From an uncultured Pygmaiobacter sp. (GTDB lineage: Bacteria > Bacillota > Clostridia > Oscillospirales > Ruminococcaceae): DNA of 29,708 nt. The translations under genes and the position numbers were made by a program. The notes under the pieces are model-generated. The model ran no database searches. It was not told the DNA's origin and saw only the letters and a list, made by a program, of their open reading frames with translations. Positions 22,777 to 29,708 of the stretch are shown in pieces. Positions within the stretch are counted from its first letter, which is position 1. The number at the start of each line of letters is the position of its first letter. The DNA lies in assembly GCA_944386485.1 (NCBI GenBank), contig CALXBG010000028.1, positions 1 to 29,708 on the forward strand. Direction: 5' to 3'.

Positions 22777-23847
22777 ATGAGCCGGTTTTTAAGCCAGAGG
22801 TTTGCGTCGATCGAGCCCTATGTGCCGGGCGAACAGCCGCAGGGGCGCAAGTACATCAAGCTGAATACGAATGAAAGTCCCTATCCGCCCGCGCCGGGGG
22901 TGCTCGAAGCGATCAACCGGGAGGAGGTCGCAAAGCTGCGGCTCTACTCCGACCCGGATGCCCGGCCTCTGGTCGCGGCGATTGCCCGCCGGTTTGGGGT
23001 GGGGGAAGACCAGGTCTTTGTCGGCAACGGCAGCGATGAGGTGCTCGCCTTTACCTTTCTCGCATTCGGCGGGGTGGAAAAACGCTTCCGGTTCCCGGCG
23101 CTCAGCTACGGGTTTTACCCCGTATTTGCCCGGCTGCTGGGGGTGACCTACGAGGCGGTGCCGCTGCGGCCGGATTTCACCATTGATCCGGCCGACTACA
23201 TTGGCTGCGGCACCAATATTGTGCTTGCCAATCCGAACGCGCCTACCGGCTACGCGCTGGGGCTGGAGACGATCGGGGAGATCGCCCGCTCCAATCCGGA
23301 CAGCGTTGTCGTGATCGACGAGGCGTACGTTGATTTCGGCGGCGAGAGTGCCGCGGTGCTGCTGGACACCTATGATAATCTGCTGGTTGTTCAGACCTTC
23401 TCAAAATCCCGCTGCCTTGCCGGTATGCGGATCGGTTTTGCGCTGGGCAGCGCAGAACTGATTGCCGACCTGCAGCGGATGAAATTCAGCTTCAATCCCT
23501 ACAACCTCGACCGGCTGGCGATCCTCGCAGGTACCGCGGCGATGGAGGATGAGGCATATCTGAACACGTGCACCGCCAAGATCTGCGCCACCCGCCGCCG
23601 GGTTACCGACCGGCTGCGGGAGATGGGCTTTACCGTGCTCGAGAGCAAGGCGAACTTTGTCTTTGCAAGGCGGGACGGCATCCCCGGCGGCCGGCTGTTC
23701 GCCGCGCTGCGGGAGAAGGGGATTCTGGTGCGGCATTGGGAGGACCCGCTGATCGCGGACTATCTGCGGATCTCGATCGGCAGCGATGAGGAGATGGACG
23801 CCTTTCTCGCGGCCGCAGGACAGATTCTGGAGGAGGAGACAAAATGA
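22777..23847 (+). CDS. hisC: Histidinol-phosphate aminotransferase
   Basis: RBS GAGGAGGAG upstream. KLNTNESPYPP and the PLP-lysine context TFSKSRCLAGMRIGF are present. Confidence 0.95.
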   Translation: MSRFLSQRFASIEPYVPGEQPQGRKYIKLNTNESPYPPAPGVLEAINREEVAKLRLYSDPDARPLVAAIARRFGVGEDQVFVGNGSDEVLAFTFLAFGGVEKRFRFPALSYGFYPVFARLLGVTYEAVPLRPDFTIDPADYIGCGTNIVLANPNAPTGYALGLETIGEIARSNPDSVVVIDEAYVDFGGESAAVLLDTYDNLLVVQTFSKSRCLAGMRIGFALGSAELIADLQRMKFSFNPYNLDRLAILAGTAAMEDEAYLNTCTAKICATRRRVTDRLREMGFTVLESKANFVFARRDGIPGGRLFAALREKGILVRHWEDPLIADYLRISIGSDEEMDAFLAAAGQILEEETK

Positions 23848-24428
23848 GAGAGGCGACGATTGCGCGCAAGACGACCGAGACCGATATCCGCCTTTCCCTT
23901 GTGCTTGAGGGGGAAGCGTACCGGATTGACACCGGCTGCGGTTTTCTCGACCACATGCTCGAGCTGTTTGCCCGCCACGGCGGGTTCGGGCTGGAGCTGA
24001 GCTGCAAGGGGGATACCCGGGTCGATTACCACCACACGGTGGAGGACATCGGCATCGTGCTGGGCCAGGCGTTCCGGCAGGCACTGGGAGATAAGCGGGG
24101 CATCAACCGGTACGGCAGCTTCCTGCTGCCGATGGACGAGGCGCTGGTGCTGGTCGCGGTCGACCTCTCGGGCCGGGCGACCTGTTGCTGTGAGTTGCAG
24201 CTGCCGGCACAAAAGGTCGGCGATTTTGATACCGAGCTGGCGGAGGAGTTCTTCCTCGGCTTCTGCCGCGGCGGAGAGTTCACGCTCCATCTGCGACAGC
24301 TGGCGGGCAAAAACACCCACCATATTCTTGAGGCGGCCTTCAAGGGCTTCGGTCGGGCGATGGCGATTGCGGTCGCGCCGGACAGCCGGCGCCCCGATGC
24401 GCTGCCCAGCACCAAGGGCGTGCTGTAA
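23844..24428 (+). CDS. hisB: Imidazoleglycerol-phosphate dehydratase
   Basis: ATGA overlap with hisC. RKTTETDI...GCGFLDHML...DYHHTVEDIGIVLG...NTHHILEAAFK. Confidence 0.95.
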   Translation: MREATIARKTTETDIRLSLVLEGEAYRIDTGCGFLDHMLELFARHGGFGLELSCKGDTRVDYHHTVEDIGIVLGQAFRQALGDKRGINRYGSFLLPMDEALVLVAVDLSGRATCCCELQLPAQKVGDFDTELAEEFFLGFCRGGEFTLHLRQLAGKNTHHILEAAFKGFGRAMAIAVAPDSRRPDALPSTKGVL

Positions 24429-24446
24429 CCGGGAGGAGGAAGAGCG

Positions 24447-25058
24447 ATGATTGCAATTATCGATTACGGGGTCGGCAACCTGTTCAGCCTCTCCTCCAGT
24501 CTGCGCTTCCTCGGGCTGGAGACGACGGTCACCGCAAAGGCGGAGGATCTCGAGCGGGCGGACCGGATTATCCTGCCGGGGGTCGGCGCCTTTGCGGATG
24601 CCATCGAAAAGCTGCGCCGCACCGGGCTGGTTGACACCATCCGGGCACAGGCGGCGGCCGGTAAGCCGCTGCTGGGAATCTGTCTGGGTATGCAGCTGCT
24701 GTTCGACAAGAGCTTTGAATATGGGGAACATGAGGGCCTGGGGCTGGTGCCCGGGCAGGTGGTGCCGCTGGCGGAGAAGCTGCCCGCCGGGCTGAAGGTT
24801 CCTCACATCGGCTGGAACCGGCTGGAGATTCTCAAAAAAGAGGATCCGCTGTTCCGGTATTCCGGTGAGGAGGACTATGTCTATTATGTCCACAGCTACT
24901 ATGCCACCGGCTGCGATGCCAACACCCTCGCGGTCAGCGAATACGGCATCCCGGTCACCGGGGTGGTCCGGTCGGGCAGCGTAGTCGGCACCCAGTTCCA
25001 CCCCGAGAAGAGCGGTGCGGCCGGTCTGCGGCTGCTGCGCGCCTTCAGCGAGCTGTGA
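24447..25058 (+). CDS. hisH: Imidazole glycerol phosphate synthase, glutamine amidotransferase subunit
   Basis: MIAIIDYGVGNLFS, the catalytic Cys context LGICLGMQLL, and FHPEKS are present. Confidence 0.95.
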   Translation: MIAIIDYGVGNLFSLSSSLRFLGLETTVTAKAEDLERADRIILPGVGAFADAIEKLRRTGLVDTIRAQAAAGKPLLGICLGMQLLFDKSFEYGEHEGLGLVPGQVVPLAEKLPAGLKVPHIGWNRLEILKKEDPLFRYSGEEDYVYYVHSYYATGCDANTLAVSEYGIPVTGVVRSGSVVGTQFHPEKSGAAGLRLLRAFSEL

Positions 25059-25071
25059 GGGGGTGCAGAGC

Positions 25072-25809
25072 ATGGAACTCTTTCCGGCAATCGACCTGCG
25101 GGGCGGCAAAGCGGTGCGGCTGGTGCAGGGCGATTATGACCAGATGACGGTATACAGCGATCAGCCCGAGCAGGTTGCCGAGGAATTTCGGCGGCTGGGC
25201 GGGCGGAATCTGCATCTGGTTGACCTTGACGGCGCAAAAGAGGGCGCGCCGGCAAACTTTGAGACGATTCGGCGGATTGTCTCATCCGGCGGATTTTTCG
25301 TTGAGGTCGGCGGCGGCATCCGTACCGAACAGCGGGTGGCTGATTACCTCGAGATGGGGGTTTCCCGGGTAATCCTCGGCACCGCCGCGGTCACCGACCC
25401 GGCATTTCTTGACCGGATGGTTGCAAAATACGGCGCGCGGATCGCCGTCGGAGTCGATGCGCGGGACGGTAAGGTCGCCACCCACGGCTGGCTCGAGACC
25501 ACCGATCTGGACAGCTTTGACTTCTGCCGCGCGCTGCGCGAGCGGGGGGTTCAGACGGTCATCTACACCGACATCTCCCGCGACGGCAAGCTCGCCGGCA
25601 CCAACCTGGCCGCCTACCGCAGGCTGTGCGGGATTGAGGGACTCGCGGTGGTTGCCAGCGGCGGCATCAGCGCGCTGGAGGAATTGGAACAGCTGAACGC
25701 GATGGGGGCGGCCGGGGCGATCCTCGGCAAGGCGCTCTACACCGGCCGGCTGCGGCTGGATGAGGCGGTCGCGCTGGTGCAGAATCAAGCGGGGAGGAGA
25801 GAGCAATGA
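25072..25809 (+). CDS. hisA: ProFAR isomerase (1-(5-phosphoribosyl)-5-[(5-phosphoribosylamino)methylideneamino]imidazole-4-carboxamide isomerase)
   Basis: Start at MELFPAIDLRGGKAVRLVQGDY (ATG 25072) with RBS GAGGGGG upstream. The track start at 25015 lies inside hisH. DISRDGKLAGTN and SGGIS are present. Confidence 0.93.
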   Translation: MELFPAIDLRGGKAVRLVQGDYDQMTVYSDQPEQVAEEFRRLGGRNLHLVDLDGAKEGAPANFETIRRIVSSGGFFVEVGGGIRTEQRVADYLEMGVSRVILGTAAVTDPAFLDRMVAKYGARIAVGVDARDGKVATHGWLETTDLDSFDFCRALRERGVQTVIYTDISRDGKLAGTNLAAYRRLCGIEGLAVVASGGISALEELEQLNAMGAAGAILGKALYTGRLRLDEAVALVQNQAGRREQ

Positions 25810-26564
25810 TCACAAAGCGGATTATCCCCTGCCTCGATGTACGAAACGGCAGGGTGGTCAAAGGGGTCAACTTTGAGGAAGTACAGGACGTCGCCGATCC
25901 GGTCGAGATGGCCCGGTTTTACAACCAGGCCGGCGCGGACGAGCTGGTCTTTTATGACATCACCGCCAGCGTCGAGGAGAGGGGAATCTTCACCGAGGTA
26001 CTGCGCCGGGTCGCGAGCGAGATCTTTATCCCGCTGACCGTCGGCGGCGGCATCCGCACGCTGGACGACTTCGACCGGGTGCTCAAATGCGGCGCCGACA
26101 AGGTCAGCGTCAACAGCGGCGCGATCGATGACCCCGATCTGATCCGACGCGCGGCTCAGCGGTACGGCGATCAGTGCGTCGTGCTGAGCATGGATATCAA
26201 GCGGGTGGACGGCCAGTTCCGGCTCTTTGCCAAGGGCGGCAGGGTGGACACCGGCATCGATGCGCTGGAATGGGCGCAGCGCGGGGTCGCAAACGGCGCG
26301 GGGGAACTCGTTGCCAACAGCATCGACACCGACGGGGTCAAGGGCGGCTTTGACCTCGAGCTGCTCGACGCGCTTGCCGCCCGGGTGGACGTGCCGATCA
26401 TCGCCAGCGGCGGCGCGGGGAAGATGGAGGATTTCGCCGAGCTGTTCTGCAACCATCCCGGCGTGGACGCCGGTCTCGCGGCCAGCATCTTCCACCGCAA
26501 GGAGGTCGAGATCGGCGCGCTCAAGCAGTATCTGCGGGAAATGGGCGTCGAGATGCGGCTGTGA
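25806..26564 (+). CDS. hisF: Imidazole glycerol phosphate synthase, cyclase subunit
   Basis: ATGA overlap with his[27 protein letters not shown] and IASGGAG are present. Confidence 0.95.
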   Translation: MITKRIIPCLDVRNGRVVKGVNFEEVQDVADPVEMARFYNQAGADELVFYDITASVEERGIFTEVLRRVASEIFIPLTVGGGIRTLDDFDRVLKCGADKVSVNSGAIDDPDLIRRAAQRYGDQCVVLSMDIKRVDGQFRLFAKGGRVDTGIDALEWAQRGVANGAGELVANSIDTDGVKGGFDLELLDALAARVDVPIIASGGAGKMEDFAELFCNHPGVDAGLAASIFHRKEVEIGALKQYLREMGVEMRL

Positions 26565-26613
26565 GGAACGCAAAACAGAAAATCGCCCCGCGGGGCAGAA
26601 AAGGGAGAAAAAC

Positions 26614-27255
26614 ATGCCTGTGGAACTCAAATTCGATGAGAAGGGTCTGATTCCTGCGATCGTGCAGGATCATTACACGAAAGAGGTGCTCACCCTCGCT
26701 TACATGAACGCCGAGAGCCTTGCGATCAGCATCGCCGAGGGCCGCACCTGCTTTTACAGCCGCAGCCGTCAATGCCTCTGGCGCAAGGGCGAGGCCAGCG
26801 GCAACATCCAGCGGATCGTCTCGATCACCGCGGACTGCGACGCCGACGCGCTGGTTGTCGAGGTTGTCAAGAGCGGGCCGGCCTGTCATACCGGCGCGGA
26901 GAGCTGCTTTTTCCAGCCGGTTTTTGTCAGCGAGGAACTTAAGCCCTTCTGCTATGAAGGGCTTTACCGGCTGATTGCCGGCCGCAAAACCGATCCCAAG
27001 GAGGGCAGCTATACCACCTACCTGTTCGAGAAGGGGATGGACAAGATCCTCAAGAAGGTCGGTGAGGAATGTACCGAGGTCATCGTCGCCGGGGCCAAGC
27101 GGGATCGGGAGGAGACCATTTTCGAGATCGCGGATCTCGCCTACCATGTGATGGTGCTGATGGTTGAGTCGGGCATCTCGATCCAGGAGATCACCGCCGA
27201 ACTGGAAAAGCGCCATGTCGTCGATCACAAGGTCAAACAGGAGCGGATGCAGTGA
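26614..27255 (+). CDS. hisIE: Bifunctional phosphoribosyl-AMP cyclohydrolase / phosphoribosyl-ATP pyrophosphatase
   Basis: Start at [19 protein letters not shown] (ATG 26614) with RBS AAGGGAG upstream. The HisI motif is [16 protein letters not shown]...DCDADAL. The HisE part is [21 protein letters not shown]. The track ORF opening at 26227 overlaps hisF out of frame and was rejected. Confidence 0.93.
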   Translation: MPVELKFDEKGLIPAIVQDHYTKEVLTLAYMNAESLAISIAEGRTCFYSRSRQCLWRKGEASGNIQRIVSITADCDADALVVEVVKSGPACHTGAESCFFQPVFVSEELKPFCYEGLYRLIAGRKTDPKEGSYTTYLFEKGMDKILKKVGEECTEVIVAGAKRDREETIFEIADLAYHVMVLMVESGISIQEITAELEKRHVVDHKVKQERMQ

Positions 27256-28097
27256 ATGGGATGAATACGGCGCCGCTGCGTACCAGCGTGCATGTCCATA
27301 CCACCTTCTGCGACGGGAGCGACGACCCCGCCGCGATGGCGGCCGCTGCGGAACAGCAGGGGCTGGGAACGCTTGGCTTTTCGGTTCACGGCTATGTCCC
27401 GCAGGAAAAGTTTGGCCTGCCCCCGGCCCGGACGGGGGAGTACTGCGCCGAAATCCACCGCCTGCAAGCCGAATATGCCGGACGGCTTGAGATCCTCTGC
27501 GGTATCGAGCTGGACACCCAAACGCCGCTCGAACAGCTGGAACAGGCAAAAAAGCTGGACTATCGAATCGGCAGCTGCCATGCGGTACGGGATGCCGCCG
27601 GCCGCTTTTGGACGGTGGATGACACCCCCGAGCTGTTCGGGGAAGGGATCCGGGAAGGGTTTGACGGCGACCCGATGGCGCTGGCGCTGGCCTACTATGA
27701 GCAATTCATTCCCTGGGTCTGTGCGCTGCGCCCCGAAATTGTGGGCCACCTGGACCTGATCAGCAAATTCAACCGCAACGCGGAGTTCTTCGACGAAGAC
27801 GCCGCCCGATACCGCTCGCTCTGCCTTGAGGCAGTTGAGGCGGTGCTGCGGGCCGATCTGGTGATAGAGGTCAACACCGGCGCGATCTGCCGCGGTTGGC
27901 GGGACCGGCCCTATCCGTCGGCGCTGCTGCTGCGGCGGATCAATGAGGCGGGCGGCCGGGTCACGGTTACCTCCGACGCCCACAGCGCCGCCGATTTGAC
28001 TTTCGGCTTTGAAAAGGCGCTTGCGCTGCTGCGCTGGGTCGGATTTCGGTCGGTCTGGGAGCTGACCGCAAACGGCTGGGTCGAGCGGGCACTATAA
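27252..28097 (+). CDS. hisJ: Histidinol-phosphatase, PHP (HisJ/HisK) family
   Basis: PHP metal-ligand motif [12 protein letters not shown] near the N-terminus, and SDAH near the C-terminus. It is the last gene of the his operon. The start is either GTG 27252 (GTGA overlap with hisIE) or ATG 27261. Confidence 0.85.
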   Translation: MNGMNTAPLRTSVHVHTTFCDGSDDPAAMAAAAEQQGLGTLGFSVHGYVPQEKFGLPPARTGEYCAEIHRLQAEYAGRLEILCGIELDTQTPLEQLEQAKKLDYRIGSCHAVRDAAGRFWTVDDTPELFGEGIREGFDGDPMALALAYYEQFIPWVCALRPEIVGHLDLISKFNRNAEFFDEDAARYRSLCLEAVEAVLRADLVIEVNTGAICRGWRDRPYPSALLLRRINEAGGRVTVTSDAHSAADLTFGFEKALALLRWVGFRSVWELTANGWVERAL

Positions 28098-28102
28098 CAA
28101 AG

Positions 28103-28137
28103 AAAAACGCCGGGATTCAAAATCCCGGCGCTTTTTA
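28103..28137. terminator. Bidirectional terminator between the his operon and udk
   Basis: Stem CGCCGGGATT (28108-28117) pairs with AATCCCGGCG (28121-28130). It is flanked by GAAAAA upstream and CTTTTTA downstream. Confidence 0.85.
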
Positions 28138-28146
28138 TAAGTAATG

Positions 28147-28767
28147 TCAGTTCGTGCTGTCCAGGTGACGGCGTACCCGCTGGATGATCATGTCCAGCGC
28201 GACCTCGTTGCGCCCGCCCTCGAGCACAATGATGTCCGCCGCCCGCTTGGAGGGCTCGACAAACTGTTCGTGCATCGGCTTGACGGTCGACAGGTACTGG
28301 GTGACCACCGAGTCGAGGCTGCGGTCCCGCTCCTTGACGTCGCGGGAGATCCGGCGCAGCAGCCGCACATCGGCGTCGGTGTCAACGAAGATCTTGATGT
28401 CCATCATGTCCCGCAGCGCGGGGTTCTGGAAGATCAGGATGCCCTCGATGATCAGTACCCGGGAGGGCTCCACATGGATGGTGCGGTCCGAGCGGTTATG
28501 CACGGTAAAATCATAGACCGGGCAATCCACCGCCTCGCCGGCCCGCAGCTTGGCCAGATGCTCAATCAGCAGTTCGGTGTCAAATGCGTCGGGGTGATCG
28601 TAGTTGAGCTTGGAAAGCTCCTCATAGCTCATCCCCTCATGCGCCTTATAATAGTTGTCGTGATAGACAACACTCACATCGTCCCTAAAATACTCCTTGA
28701 GCCGATTGGTCAAGGTCGTCTTCCCGCTGCCGGTACCCCCGGCAATTCCGATTACCATCATCTCCAT
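28147..28767 (-). CDS. udk: Uridine kinase
   Basis: MEMMVIGIAGGTGSGKTTL (P-loop). HDNYYK, NYDHPDAFD, YDFTVH and VDTDADVRLLRRISRD are present. ATG at 28767 with RBS AAGGAAG 7 nt upstream. The 109-codon upstream extension in the track runs into AT-rich promoter DNA. Confidence 0.93.
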   Translation of the reverse strand: MEMMVIGIAGGTGSGKTTLTNRLKEYFRDDVSVVYHDNYYKAHEGMSYEELSKLNYDHPDAFDTELLIEHLAKLRAGEAVDCPVYDFTVHNRSDRTIHVEPSRVLIIEGILIFQNPALRDMMDIKIFVDTDADVRLLRRISRDVKERDRSLDSVVTQYLSTVKPMHEQFVEPSKRAADIIVLEGGRNEVALDMIIQRVRRHLDSTN

Positions 28768-28969
28768 AGGGACGCTTCCTTTCCGATAAATAAGACCGAT
28801 TTTACAAAAATAGGGTAGAACTGCGAAACCCCGCATCCAAGTATAATATAAAAACGCGGCCGGGTAAAGATGAAATGTCGAAAAAAGGCCAAAAATACTA
28901 CATACTATATTATATAAGGAAGAAAACAAACGCGGCGAAAAAATGGAGGAAGAAATTTGAAAAAAGGTG

Positions 28970-28998
28970 TTGACATTCCTGTAAAGACGTGGTAATAT
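28970..28998 (+). promoter_or_regulatory. rRNA operon promoter P1
   Basis: Consensus -35 TTGACA (28970-28975), 17-nt spacer, -10 TAATAT (28993-28998). An A-rich UP-like tract (GAAAAAAGG) lies upstream. Confidence 0.7.
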
Positions 28999-29087
28999 AA
29001 TCAAGCTGTCTCCCACAGAGACGGCAAACAGCCCACCAGGATGTGAGCTGAGCGCCGAAAAGAATTTGAAAAAATTCAAAAAAGTGC

Positions 29088-29116
29088 TTGACAAACAAAA
29101 CCTGATGTGCTAAAAT
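29088..29116 (+). promoter_or_regulatory. rRNA operon promoter P2
   Basis: Consensus -35 TTGACA (29088-29093), 17-nt spacer, -10 TAAAAT (29111-29116). An A-rich tract (TTCAAAAAAG) lies upstream. Confidence 0.7.
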
Positions 29117-29174
29117 AAATAAGCTGACCCACGGAAGTGAGCGCAGCGAAACCTCCAAAGATTTGGAGGACAGG

Positions 29175-29192
29175 ACCTTGAAAATTAAACAA
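29175..29192 (+). promoter_or_regulatory. boxA-like rRNA antitermination element in the 16S leader
   Basis: ACCTTGAAAATTAAACAA resembles the Firmicutes rrn leader boxA (cTTTGAAAACTAAACAA, recalled from Bacillus rrn leaders). Leader hairpins flank it: CCTCCAAA/TTTGGAGG at 29152-29169 and GAGCAGG/CCTGCTC at about 29220-29239. Confidence 0.5.
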
Positions 29193-29341
29193 TATAGAGA
29201 AAAGCTTGAAGGAGCTCTAGAGCAGGAGGAAACCTGCTCGTTAAAGCTAAAAATTCCTTTTAAGTAATTCTACAAGGACGCAAGCGATTGCGTGCTGAGT
29301 AAGAATCGATTAAATTCAGTGTCAACTGATTTTAATATCAT

Positions 29342-29708
<367 letters not shown>

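Larger units (their letters stand above)
28950..29160 (+). repeat. Tandem duplication (~110 bp each, diverged) of an rRNA promoter module
   Basis: Both copies share the same order of elements: AGAA(A)TTTGAAAAAA, then GTG-TTGACA, a 17-nt spacer, TAAnAT, AAGCTG-C-CAC-G, and GTGAGC..GCG..GAAA. Confidence 0.6.

Noticed and set aside
26227-26613. Upstream 129 codons of the ORF containing hisIE; likewise 25015-25071 for hisA, 10915-11274 for ydbS and 10499-10645 for ydbT
   Set aside because: Each extension overlaps the preceding gene in another frame and lacks an RBS. Each conserved protein N-terminus begins at an internal ATG preceded by a Shine-Dalgarno sequence.
21203-27549. Large minus-strand ORFs across the his operon: 21203-22747, 23760-25109, 25785-26630 and 26521-27549
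   Set aside because: All are antisense to unmistakable his genes. They are shadow ORFs caused by GC3 bias.
28768-29158. ORFs in the udk-rrn spacer (the udk 5' extension to 29094, and 28910-29158 minus strand), and a + strand TATAAT at about 28843
   Set aside because: The region is AT-rich and non-coding in appearance, and is occupied by two consensus rRNA promoters. The ORF translations are low-complexity (F/L/S/K-rich) without an RBS. The isolated TATAAT has no -35 partner or downstream gene.

Overview
This is a high-GC Firmicutes/Clostridia-type chromosomal window. The partial 16S at the 3' end looks Oscillospiraceae/Ruminococcaceae-like, but that is inference only. In order, the window contains: (1) tRNA-Glu(UUC) followed by two perfect 13-bp hairpins. 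(2) A tightly packed four-gene + strand operon (415-8167). It encodes an SPFH/zinc-ribbon protein, a zinc-ribbon/TPR/TIR membrane protein, a HerA/FtsK-type P-loop ATPase, and a hyper-acidic protein ending in an HNH/EndoVII toxin-type nuclease domain. This operon is my candidate for a previously undescribed defence-type (abortive infection) system. (3) A minus-strand operon (12349 to 8236) encoding a DUF4340-like exported protein, YdbS-like and YdbT-like bacterial PH-domain membrane proteins, and a HAD phosphatase with a hydrophobic tail. (4) Two tandem TrkA/RCK genes. (5) tRNA-Arg(CCG). (6) A zinc-ribbon / YxQQx-repeat / DUF2628-like membrane protein. (7) A MATE exporter. (8) A GluQRS paralog. 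(9) An AI-2E family permease. (10) A complete ten-gene histidine operon: hisZ-G-D-C-B-H-A-F-IE plus a PHP-type histidinol phosphatase. (11) udk. (12) Two tandem rRNA promoters, a boxA-like leader and the first ~367 nt of a 16S rRNA. I saw no CRISPR array, integrase, transposase or IS element. Many long antisense ORFs in the six-frame track are high-GC shadow ORFs and were rejected. All domain assignments come from motif recognition by eye. No database search was run.
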